A stretch of DNA of 64,000 nucleotides, taken from NCBI RefSeq assembly GCF_009914755.1, contig NC_060927.1; one strand, written 5' to 3'. Positions 1 to 11,796 of the stretch are shown in pieces. The notes beneath the pieces were generated by a model that was given only the letters and a program-made list of their open reading frames with translations, was not told the origin of the DNA and ran no database searches. A program made the position numbers and the translations under genes. The DNA comes from the human T2T-CHM13v2.0 reference genome, Homo sapiens. Each line of letters starts with the position of its first letter. The stretch's first letter is position 1.

Positions 1-59
1 AAAGCTATTAGCCAGAGAAAATTATACTGAGGAAAAGAAAATGAATACTTTTGAATACC

Positions 60-245
60 CATTAAGTTCCAGATACTTAAATATATATAGACTCCTTAAA
101 TACTCCTAATCTTGTGATATAAGTATTATTATTTTCACAGATGAAGACTTTGAGGGTAAGAGAGGTTAAGGATTTGTCTAATCTCAAATGGCAAGTGAAT
201 GCAAATGATGGATCTAAAATTCAAACCACATCTGTTTATCTTCTA
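60..245 (-). mobile_element. MIR SINE fragment
   Basis: 'ttttcacagatgaagactttgagggtaagagaggttaag' matches the antisense MIR core; boundaries approximate. Confidence 0.75.
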
Positions 246-2620
246 AATGTATTCTCTTTACATTAGTCAGAACTCTGTAGGGTTAATGAATTTGATGTAG
301 AAGATGCTTTGCTTCAACACCAATATAAGAGGTAAAACAAAGGAGTTATCCACAAGTCAAGAAATGAGAAGTTTCAGCTTCACATATTTTGGCAGTTGGC
401 AAATGCCCATCTTCCATAGCTTCTCTGGCTTTTAGAGAGAAAAGAATACATTCACAAATGTAGTGAAAAGAATGGGACTTGTCAAGGTGTTTTCAGACAT
501 AGAATGTTGAGAATAAAGATAATGAGTTGGAGATATTAAAAAGAGACAGCCTGACTTCTTAGAGAGGGTTTACAATGTCAATGCACAATCCAAGGGTCTT
601 TTCTTTCTGAATCCACAAACTAAACTTGTCAGTGCGCTAGATCTGATGAGCCTCAGGGAACTGACTAATATTTAGAATAGACTATTTATTTATTAATTTA
701 CAAACAAAGCTTTTATTTCCTGTGAACATAATAATGGTGCCCACCACCAAAGAACGTTTTTCTTGGTACTAAGGTAATTGTGCTATAGACTCTGTAACCT
801 AAGTTTGATTAGTGAATAGACTCAGAAGAAATGGAATTAGGTGACCATGTGGGTACTTTCTCCAGTTCACAGAAGAGAGTGTGCCACTTTAGTGACCAGA
901 ACATTCTCATATGGTAGAAAACTGCTACAACATTATTGTTCTTTGGTGCCACTTTTCCTAAACTCCACATAGTTCTTACTCCTTTTTAAGAGTCATTTAA
1001 TTCTTTAAACTACTGTTATAAAAATATACACTCTAGTAACCTTAATTGGATCCCCATAAGCCCTCTTTAGTGTCCAGAATGTGGAAAACTCAAGATAATT
1101 AGATACTTATGTCCATTGCCAGTCTCCTCCATTAGTATAAATCTCGGTTTTTACACAAATTCCAAAGTCTGATGCTATCTTCTCGTAGTCATCGTGTATA
1201 TCAACTATAGGCACATCAAGCTTCTCTGAACAGTCTGACCTGACAGTCAGCTTTGAAATAAAATTAGGAAACTCATTGGCTAGAGATTGTTTATAGGGAA
1301 AGAAAGTTAATATAAGACAAATTTGTGAAACTATTTCTGTAAATAAGAATTAGAGAAGAAATGAAATATAGAGGGAGAGCCTGACATGGCATTTTATTTT
1401 GGTCAAGAGGAAACACAGGAAGAAATATTTCCTGGGAGAGAAGCTGTGTTTCTGATGTATCATTTTCATTAAGGATGGCAATAATTTGAAGGACCCATGT
1501 AAACTAAGCCTTATTATTTTTAAACATATTTTAACAATTTCTTTTAAATCATCCAAAGGTAATATGGCATGGTTGGAATTCTGCTTATCCCAATTATGGT
1601 TGTTCTTTATGTAATTGACATATATCTAATGAGCACTCACTATATACACGGGGGGTGTTAGGCACCATGAATAAACAGAATAAGATGGTCTCTTGTTTAT
1701 GGGACGTTTGCTCTAAACCCCATAATAAAATATTCACACAGCAAAGGGTGATTTACCACCAAAAGCCATAAATGGGTAACACACCCCACTGTTCAAAAGC
1801 GTTGTGAAAATATTTTGGAGGTCAGAAGCTGTATAAAGTAACATTAAGTCAGGGTAGGGAAGGCAATCAGTGCTATTTACCTCCTAGAAGACATGGGGTA
1901 TTCCCTTCAGGCCACAAGTTCTTGCTAGGGTCCTTAAGTTTCCCAATAGGTTCCTATTTTGAATTTGACTACCTGTGCAGGGCCACATGCTCTTCACTCA
2001 CATGGTCACATAGTTGCCTGTGTTCAAGTACTTTCCAGGAGTGCACTCTGGAATTTATAGCTGTCCAATAGTTATTAAAATCATAACTGAGAAAAGCAAT
2101 ATTCAGCATGTATTTCATAAAGGATATGCAATTAATTTTTTCTTTTGAAATGTAAATATTTCCTTCCAGACCCAAGAGAGCTATGAATCTGGACTGAATA
2201 ATAATGGAGTCCTCAAAGATTTGTACTATAAGGGAATCATGAGCCTAAGTTGAGGAATATTATGAGAAACAGCATTGGAAACACCTTGTGGGGCTGTGGA
2301 GAGAATAAGCCTGAGGATGTCTTTTATTATATAGTGCAAAATATGGACAAAAAATCTATTGAGCATGTTGCTTCACCAATAGTCTAGCCTTGCTCATTGA
2401 TGACACTATATCTTTAACTATTTCAGGGTTATTTGTCCCTCCATGATGGTATGATCAGGAGAAGAGAGATTAATGGAAAGTGAGATCTGCTACTATTGTG
2501 AATTGGTCACTATATGAAGGGACATAATCATTAATGACAAGAGACTTGTTTAAGATGAAGAAAATGAATCTAAATGAAGTTATTTCTTCTTACCAGATGA
2601 TATGACTTAATTAGTACAGA

Positions 2621-2837
2621 TCTGCACTGTCCAAAATAATAGCCACTAGCCACATGTGGCTATTTATATTAACATTTCAACAAAGCAAAATTAAGTAAAG
2701 TTAAAATTTCAGTGCCTTGGTTATAGTAATAATACTGCTGGTGCTCAATAGCCACATGTGACTATTTGGCTACCATATTGGATAGCACAGATACAGAATA
2801 TTTCCTTTATTGCATAATGTTCTACTGGATAGCACTG
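2621..2837 (-). mobile_element. MER3 (hAT-Charlie MITE)
   Basis: 'agccactagccacatgtggctattt...aatagccacatgtgactatttggctaccatattggatagcacag' matches the internally palindromic MER3 consensus. Confidence 0.85.
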
Positions 2838-3053
2838 GTTGAGATAATAACAAGGAATGAATGACCCGAGCAATTCAATCAATGGTCCATTCTGTAGAAT
2901 AATTCATCAGGATGTTTTATACCCTCTTCCTTCTTTGTTCATCTCTTTACATTATTAGTGCTTTGATTGGAGCTAGTACAAATGGGTCACATTTACTGAA
3001 TTATTTTAGAATAATATTTTCTCATTAATCAAATACCTGAGCTCACATTTATG

Positions 3054-3080
3054 CTCTCTCTTTCTTTTTCTTTCTCTTTT

Positions 3081-3112
<32 letters not shown>

Positions 3113-3182
3113 TCCTTTCTTCCTTCCTTCCTTCTTCCTTCCCTTTCTTTTCTCTTTCTTTCTTTCTTTCTTTTTTTCTTTT
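3054..3182 (+). repeat. (TTTC)n/(TTCC)n polypyrimidine microsatellite
   Basis: About 130 bp composed only of C and T. Confidence 0.95.
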
Positions 3183-3470
3183 ATTGGCTTTGTAGAATAT
3201 CCAAATTTAGTACATCAGCATAGACTCTGCAATAAACTGTAGAAAAATTCTAGCTAGAAAAGTTGATTGAAGTTAATAGTTGAGGGAGTCTTTTGACTAC
3301 TTTGCAGATTTAAATTCTTCTTCCTATTCATTTGTTTTCTATTAGCATAAATAACCAAGAATTAGTTGTAGTTTTTATTAAAGAGAAAAATTAAGTAAGA
3401 GACTGACAGACAGATGGAGAGGACAAAGACAGGGATAAACAGAGATAAACGGATGAATCAAAGGAGAGAC

Positions 3471-3660
3471 ATTTATTGAGTGAATTCTGTGAGGCTATTA
3501 TTAGACTAGGTTATTCCTTTAATACTTAATACTTAAAAACCCATTGAAATAAATTTTGTCCTGATTTTATAGATGAGAAAACAGGCTCAGAGAGGGATTT
3601 CACTTGCTCAGTGTTCATACGACTGTAGATGATAGTGCTGAGATTTGAACTCAAACTTTC
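3471..3660 (-). mobile_element. MIR SINE
   Basis: 'attttatagatgagaaaacaggctcagagagg...gagatttgaactc'. Confidence 0.8.
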
Positions 3661-4229
3661 TTCAAGAATTATGAATATCCTATTCTATCAATCTCTAAGC
3701 CATTATCTTTTTCCCCCAAATCACTGACAGTAAACTCTCCATGTCTTTTTGTTGTCTTATATTTTCTTTTGCTTCTTATTTCTTCTTTGAATTGTTTTTA
3801 TTCAAGGAGTTTTTGTCTTCTTTATTTGAAAATAAAGAGTAATGTGTCAGGAAGATTTTTCACCTGTTTTCTAGAGTAAATCTTTTTCTGAATTGTATTT
3901 TACCTGCTTTTTGCTCTTATAGCTCTTCCAATTTTTATTGGAATGTTTATGCAATGACCCATGCTGTTTATTTCTAATTATTATTTATCTTTTTTAGTGG
4001 GAGTGATTTTGTTTGTCTTTAATTTGCTCACTTAACATGTGGGAGTGGAATGAGAGGAGGGAACTAAGGCAGCAAGTTACTTCTGTTTGGTCTCCTTGTC
4101 TCCAAACTCCTTCTCATTAAATCTGCGGCATTTTCTGTTCTCATGGACCAATGTTCTTTCAAATTTTGACATTCCGGTCTTCAAAGCGAGAAGTTTAGTG
4201 TAATTTTCAGTGAAGCTGAAATTAAATCT

Positions 4230-4996
4230 TGTGATTTAGTATGGACAACATATACATGTATGCTTAAAAGAATAATGTAATGAAAACTATTGCCCATTAC
4301 CCAGTTTAAGGAAAAATCATTTTCAGAACCTTAAAAGTTCCTAATGATGCTTTTTAAAAAATCCCATTCCTTCCTTGCCTCAGAGAACCCAATCCATTGG
4401 ATTTTGTGGTTATCATTTCATTGCTTTTCTTTATATTTTATAATGCATAAATAATTCCCTAAGTAATATATCTATATTTATATATAGATATATTCCCCAA
4501 GTAATATACCAATATCCCTAAGTAATATTGGGTATTGTCTGCTTTGAACTTTATGTAAGTAGACCCATACTAAATATATGCTTCTGTGATTTGCTTCTTT
4601 CACTCAACATCATCATTTTGCATTTCCCACATGTCGATACATAAAACTGTAGTTTTACATTGCACACATGAATACATTGCATGAATAAATCACTTATTTA
4701 TTCATTCCACTGCTAATCGACATTTGAAGTGCTTCCAGTGTTTCTCTTTAAACTGTGGACTGTGCTCTCCTGAGCATTTTTTCAGGTCTCTATTTGCAAA
4801 AACAATCTCTTGCTAGACATTTTTTTGAAATATACTTAAGAGGAGAATCACTGGGTTGTAGAATGTGTCATCTTCAACTTTATTAGATAATGTAAACAGT
4901 TTTCCAACATAATTGTACCAAACTATAATCTCAGCAGTAGGTGTGAGAACCTATTGGTCCATATCTTTGTCAAATTTTGGCATTGATAGACTCATT
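4230..4996 (-). mobile_element. Old L1 (L1M/L1ME-type) 3' region
   Basis: 'cttctgtgatttgcttctttcactcaacat', 'ttattcattccactgct...gacatttg' are typical of antisense L1M 3' UTR. Confidence 0.7.
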
Positions 4997-5011
4997 GAAA
5001 TCAATTGGCTG

Positions 5012-5146
5012 AGGGAACTTAGAAGACAGGTCAATAGGTGCAGCAAACCACCATGGCACACATATACCTATGTAGCAAACCTGTACATTCTGCACATGTA
5101 TCCCAGAACTTAAAGTTAAAAAAAAAAAATATATATATATATATAT
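5012..5146 (+). mobile_element. Very short 5'-truncated L1PA (L1PA8-like) 3' end with A/(AT)n tail
   Basis: 'ggtgcagcaaaccaccatggcacacatatacctatgtagcaaacctgtacattctgcacatgtatcccagaacttaaag' plus tail; degenerate TSD gaaatcaattggctg (4997-5011) / gaaaatcaactgactg (5147-5162). Confidence 0.9.
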
Positions 5147-5162
5147 GAAAATCAACTGACTG

Positions 5163-7120
5163 TTAATCAGAGAGTTTATGTCTAGACTCTAAATTCTATC
5201 TGATTGAACTATATGACACCTTTGTGGTAGTACCAGGCTATATTGATGGCTATAGCTTTGTAGAAACTTTTGAAATTGGCTCCACCTACTTTGTTCTTTT
5301 TAAAGGTTGTTTTGGCTACTCTAAGTCCCTTGACTTTTAGAATCAGTTTGTCAATTTCTGCAAAGAAGTCATCTGGGACTTTAATGAAGATTACATTGAA
5401 TCTTGTAGATCGATTTAGGGAATATTTATTGCCATCTTAGACAAATAGTCTTCTAATCTATGAACATGGCATGTCTTTCCATTTATTTATGTCTTTTTCA
5501 GTTTCTTTCAACAGTACTTTTTAGTTTTCAGAGTATAAGTTTTACACTTTTTGTTCAATGTATTAAGTATTTTTCTTTTTGATGCTCTGCTTCTTTATTT
5601 CATTTTTGATTGCCCATTGTAAGTGTATAGAGATAGAATTGGTTACTGTGTATTCATTTTTTGTCTGTCTACTTATCAAACACTTTTCTTAGTTCTAGTA
5701 GTTTTTTAGTGAATTGTTTAGGATTTTTTGTATATACATCATGCCATCTGCAAGTAGAGATAATTTTAATTCTTCCTTCCCAGTACGGATGTCTTTTATT
5801 TAATTTTTCATCTAATTACACTGGCTCTGACCTTCAGTACAATGTTAGATGGATGTTGTGGGAGCAGATATTTTTGTCTTGTTCCTGATGTTAAGGTGAA
5901 AGCATTGTCTTTTGCCATTAAGTATGATGTAAACTGTGAGTTTTTCACAGATACTCTTTATCAGATTGAGAAAGCTTCCTTCTATTTCTAGCTTGAGGGC
6001 TTTTATCATGAAGGGTCTTGGTTTTTGTCAAGTACTTTTTCTGCAACCATCAATAGCTGCATAAAAATAGTAATATTTAAAAAAATTCAATGACCTGACA
6101 TATTACATTAGCTGATTTTCAGATGCTAAACCAACCTTACCTTGTTGGGATAAATTCCATTTGGTCATGGTATATAATCCCTTTTGTATGCTGGATTCAG
6201 GTTGTTATTTTGCTGAAAGTTTTTGCATCGATGTTCATAAGAGACATTGGTCTGTAGCTTTCTTTTCTTGTGATATCTCTGGTTTTGGCATCAGGGTACT
6301 ATTCCCTTTGTCACTGGCCATCAAGAATTTTGCTAGGACATGTCTGGATATGGATCACTTTGCGTTTATCCTACTTGGAGTTCATCAAGCTTCTTAGATA
6401 TGTAGATAAATGTTTTCAGCAAATTTGGGAAGTTTCAATCATTTTTTCACATATTCTTTCTATCCCTTTTTCTCTCAACTTTCTATCTGGAACTCCTATT
6501 ATGCATGTATTAGAACACTTAATGATGTTCCACAGACCTCAGAGGTTCTGTTCATTTTTCTTCATTCTTTTTTCTTTCTGTTTCTCATACTAGATAATCT
6601 CAATTGACGTATTTTCAATGTTTCTGAATCTTTCCTATGACAATTTTAATCTGTTGTTGGGCCTTTCTAGTGAATTTTTCATTTTAGTTATGGCACTTTT
6701 TCAACTCCAGAATACCTACTTGGTTTTTAGAACACTTTCTGTTTATTGGTATTTTCTGTTTGGTTGGACATCATTCTCATCCTTTGCTTTAGTTTTTAGA
6801 CATATTTTTCTTTAGATCTTTGAACATAGTTATAATGGTTGCATTGAAAATCTTTGCCTCTTAAACCAACTTTTGGATTCTTTTTACAGGCAGTTTCTGT
6901 TGCACACTTTTTCCTTATGTGTAAGTCACACTTTCCTGTTTCTTTGCATGTCTCATAATTTTTTGTCAAAATGGGACATTTTAGATAAAATATTGTAGTA
7001 GTTTTGGATGCTGATTCCTTTACCCTCTGTGGGACTTTTTGTTGTTGTTTGGTTGTGTATTTGATTAGGGACTTGACTGGACTGTTTTAGGGAAGTCTAT
7101 TTCCCCACAGTGTGAAGCCT
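5163..7120 (-). mobile_element. Old L1M internal fragments (ORF2 region, then a more 5' piece from about 6300)
   Basis: 'agaatcagtttgtcaatttctgcaaag', 'atcatgccatctgcaagtagagataatttta', 'ctacttggagttcatcaagcttcttagat' are antisense L1M. Confidence 0.8.
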
Positions 7121-7595
7121 TATCTTTGTTAATGAGGGGTTTGGGCAAATATATTCATTCATTAGAATATCACTGTCTTATTACTCATAACAGTTTACAG
7201 ATGCTGGATTAGGAGTGTTGTGGAAATGTTGATTATGTTATATGTAAATATCTTAGAGAAGGAATGAATAATCAAGAAAAATAACACTCTGGCTAAAAAC
7301 ACAAAATATAAGAAAAGCGTTTCTAAATAAAAACCCTTCTTGAGGTAGGGGGCCCTGTATATGAGGGATTAGGTATTCTCATGATTAAAAGGCATGAGGA
7401 AAAGGGGTCCCTAGTGAGAGCTTTGGACTGTCACTACATCATGATTACACTGAATTGAGTGAATAAATGCTGTAGGCATCTCCATGGAATGCTTTCACAC
7501 TAAAGTTCTATAAGAAATACTTTACTAGCTACTTAACTTCCCATGAGATATTCAGCGCTGTTCCACCACAGACATAGGCTCTTCTACTACTAGGG

Positions 7596-7807
7596 CAGTG
7601 GTTCTGAACTGGAGGAAATGCTGTCCTCCAGGGGACATTTGACAGTCTGGAAACATTTTTGATTGTCACAACTAGAGAGGGTGCTATTCGCATCTAGTTG
7701 TAGAAATCAAGGAAGCTGCTAAATATCCTACAATGCACAGGACAGCTCTCTACACCAAAAGAATTATCAACTCAAAGTGTCATTTGCGTCTAGGTTGAGA
7801 AAAGTTG
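7596..7807 (+). mobile_element. MER20 (hAT-Charlie)
   Basis: 'cagtggttctgaac...ccaggggacatttgacagtctggaaacatttttgattgtcacaact...gctgctaaatatcctacaatgcacaggacagc' follows the MER20 consensus end to end. Confidence 0.9.
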
Positions 7808-7824
7808 CTTTAAGCTAAACAAGC

Positions 7825-8216
7825 TGTGTTAGTCTGTTTGAGCTGCTATAACCAAATACCATAGACTGGGTAGCTTATAAACACAGAAATTTATTTCTCA
7901 CAGTTCTGGAAGCTGGAAAGTCTAAGATCAAACCACCAGCAGGTTCAGTTGTCTGGTGAGGGCTGCTGTCTGCCTCCAAGATGGTGTTTTGTATGCTGCA
8001 TCCTCCAAAAGCAGGAGCACTGTGTCCTTACATAGCAGAAGGTGGAAGGGCAAAAGGAATGAACTCTCTCTGTCAGGCCTTTTTATAAAAACATCTAACC
8101 CCATTCCTGAGGGAGGGCTCTCATGGCTTCTTAAAGCCCCCACTGCTTAATACTATCACACTTGGTGATAGCATTAAGGAACTTCTGAGTTTTGGAGGGG
8201 ACACACCACAGCAGCA
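7825..8216 (-). mobile_element. MaLR solo LTR (MST/MLT1A group)
   Basis: 'tgtgttagtctgtttgagctgctataaccaaataccatagactggg...aaatttatttctcacagttctggaagctggaaagtctaagatc'. Confidence 0.85.
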
Positions 8217-8403
8217 TAATCCCATTTCCTAAAACTTTGTTTCTTCTCTCTGTTGTCTCATATTAGTCAATAAAATTAAGAAAGTATTTCCTTTGTACTG
8301 CTAAATGTATCTTTACTTATATTATATGGTTTGTATTTTAGTAATTTCCTTAAAAAGAGCTCATGGGAATAATATTCCTGTCATTTCATCATCTCTTTTT
8401 TGA

Positions 8404-8780
<377 letters not shown>

Positions 8781-10174
8781 AATTTATTAATATTGAATAT
8801 AAATCCTAGTAAAATGCTTGATCACAATTTTGATCAGCCCCCTGGCACCATTTTTCGGTAAGAGTTTTTGTCTGTTGCTACTCATTCCTCTTTAGTAAGT
8901 TTGTGTCAGTATTTTACCTATATCTTTTTATTATTCATATTTAATCACTTTTATTTTTCTGCATGAGCTCTTTATAAGTTGTTTCTTGATGATGGTGGAA
9001 AGGAGGTAAAAGATGCCTAGACTAGTCTTCCAGGCTGCACAATCCAAGGGCTTTTTTGTCTTTGCTACTACAGAAAATCTACTTCCTAAAAATATATCTC
9101 ATCTGTGTGATTTTTAAAAGTTAAATTATATATTTTTTTGTGTAGTCTCATTTCCTCTGCCATCCCAAATCAAATTGCGTGCTAAAGGGCTTTTTCCACC
9201 AGCCTTGTCTACCCCAGTTCCTCCATTCATTGTAACAAACAAGAGACATAGCTTACTTCAGGATGAGTTCCTCAGCTTTAGAAAATGTACTTTCTACTGG
9301 CATTTTCTATGATCTTCCACTACTGGGCCTTTTACCACACCCCATGCCTTTTCTCATTACTTCTTATTGTGCAGCGTCTGCTTTGGCTTAGGTGCTTTTG
9401 GGAACTCTCACATAAATTTTGGAGTTTACATATTATATGTTTCCTAATATCACTGAAAATGGAGTTTTGAGATATCACACATTCTCATTTTTGCTTTTGT
9501 ATGATTTTTCAGAAGGAGAAGAAGTATTTACATTAGAAGTCTGATTCACAGGTCGGGGCAAAGTGAAAAACATCTGCACTTTTAAAAGGTATCTTTTAAC
9601 TTACACACTTATGAACAATTTTAAGAATGGGAGAAGTGATAGGAAACCTTATGTAATTTTCATCTCCAGTTTTATGTTTTTAATTTTGGCTTCTTTCTCC
9701 CACACCCAATGTTCGGGAGTCTGTTGGACAACTAGGGATGTGTTTCTAAATCTCTTTAAGACAGAGGTATTGCTCAAAGTGTGCAGTCACAGTAGGGACA
9801 ATGAAGCAGGTGTTTTGACCTTCTATGTGGCATGCTGTTTGCTTATGGTCTGGTCTACTACAGTATCACACCCTCTCAATGTCCCCACCTGCTTATACAC
9901 AGATATAGCTGTAGAATGCTGGGAAATAACTGTGGGTAACTTACTGGCCTTTTCATAACAACAAATCGTGATGTAGAATCAGTGAGCATTGCAGAGAATG
10001 GCTGTGTTACAACACAGAAAGCAGTTTTTATTTTTTGGTAATCTGGAAAGTATAACCATTCCATGAGATTTAATATTGTCACTCACATGGCATTATACCA
10101 TCACTGTAAACATCTTTTAATGTCAAGGATGACATTATCTATGTATTCCTTTTATTATTATCTTCCAGAGTCAC

Positions 10175-10240
10175 TTGGCTTCCAGCTTCATCCATGTCCC
10201 TGCAAAGGACATGATCTCATTACTTTTTATGACTGCTTAG
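10175..10240 (-). repeat. Isolated 66-bp copy of L1 sequence from 10771-10836
   Basis: 64/66 identical by direct comparison. Confidence 0.92.
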
Positions 10241-10482
10241 CAACACTCTACTACATTTTCTGGGTTTTTGTCTGTTACATTGAAAGCAGGAATGGTTGGG
10301 GGATGGGTTGAGTATGGAGGGAATGAATATGAAAAAATATTTAAAAATGGAGAGCACTTTACAACTTATTAAATTCTGTGCTGTTGGTAATACAAAGATG
10401 AATAAATCATCTGCCTCACACTCAAATGGAGAGCAGCAGACTAGCATTTATTAAACACGATGTGGCACAAATCGTGTTTGGT

Positions 10483-11796
10483 ATTTTATTTATTTATTTT
10501 TAAATTTTTATTTTACTTTAAGTTCCAAGATACATGTGCAGAACATGCAGGTTTGTTACATAGGTATACGTGTGCCATGGTGGTTTGCTGCATCTATCAA
10601 CCTGTTACGTAGGTTTTAAGCCTCGCATGCATTAACTATTTGTCCTGGTGCTTTCCTTCGCCTTAGCTCCCTACCCATGACAGGCCACGGTGTGTGTTGT
10701 TCCCCTCCCTGTTTCCATGTGTTCCCATTGTTCAACTCCCACTTATGAGTGAGAACACGTGGTGTTTGGTTTGGCTTCCAGCTTCATCCATGTCCCTGCA
10801 AACGACATGATCTCATTACTTTTTATGACTGCATAGTATTCCATGGTGTATAGATACCATATTATCTTTATCCAGTCTATCATTGATGGGCATTTGGGTT
10901 GGTTCCATGTATTTGCTATTGTAAATAGTGCTGCAGTAAACATACATGTGCAGGTATCTTTATGGTAGGATGATTTATATTCCTTTGGGTATAAACCCAG
11001 TAATGGGATTGCTGGGTCAAATGGTATTTCTGGTTCTAGATCCTTGGGAAATCACCACACTGTCTCCCACGGTGTTTAACGAATTTACATTCCCACCAAC
11101 AGTGTGAAAGTATTCCTATTTCTCCACAGCCTCACCAGCATCTGTTGTTTCTTGACTTTTTAATAATTGCCATTCTGACTGGCATGAGATGGTATCTCAT
11201 TGTGGTTTTGATTTGCATTTCTCTAATGAACAGTGATGTTGAGCTTTTTTTCATATGTTTGTTGGTGCATAAATGTCTTCTTTTGAGAAGTTCCTGTTCA
11301 TATTCTTTGCCCACTTTTTGATGGTTTTTTTTGTTTTTTTTTTTTCTTGTAAATTTGTTTAAGTTCCTTGTAGATTCTGGATATTAGACCTTTGTCAGAT
11401 GGGTAGGTTGCAAAAATTTTCTCCCATTCTGTAGGTTGCCTGTTCACTCTACTGATAAGTTTCTTTTGCTGTGCAGAAGCTCTTTAGTTTAATTAGATCC
11501 CTTTTGTCAATTTTAGCTTTTGTTGCAATTGCTTTTGGCATTTTCATCATGAAATCTTTGCCTATTCTTATGTACTGAATGATATTGCCTAGATTTTATT
11601 CCAGGGTTTTTACAGTTTTGGGTTTTACATGTATGTCTTTAATCCATTTTGAGTTATTTTTTGTATAAGGTGTAAGGAAGGGGTCCAGTTTCAGTTTTCT
11701 GCCTATGGCTAGCCTGTTTTCCCAGCACCATTTATTATATAGGGAATCCTTTCCCCATTGCTTGTTTTGTCAGGTTTGTCGAAAATCAGATGGTTT
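10483..11796 (-). mobile_element. L1PA8-like 3' ~1.3 kb (3' UTR plus disrupted ORF2 C-terminus)
   Basis: 3' UTR 'ttaagttccaagatacatgtgcagaac'; ORFs 10743..10943 (MFTAALFTIANTWNQPKCPS) and 11132..11314 ([23 protein letters not shown]) are L1 ORF2p C-terminal peptides. Confidence 0.93.
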
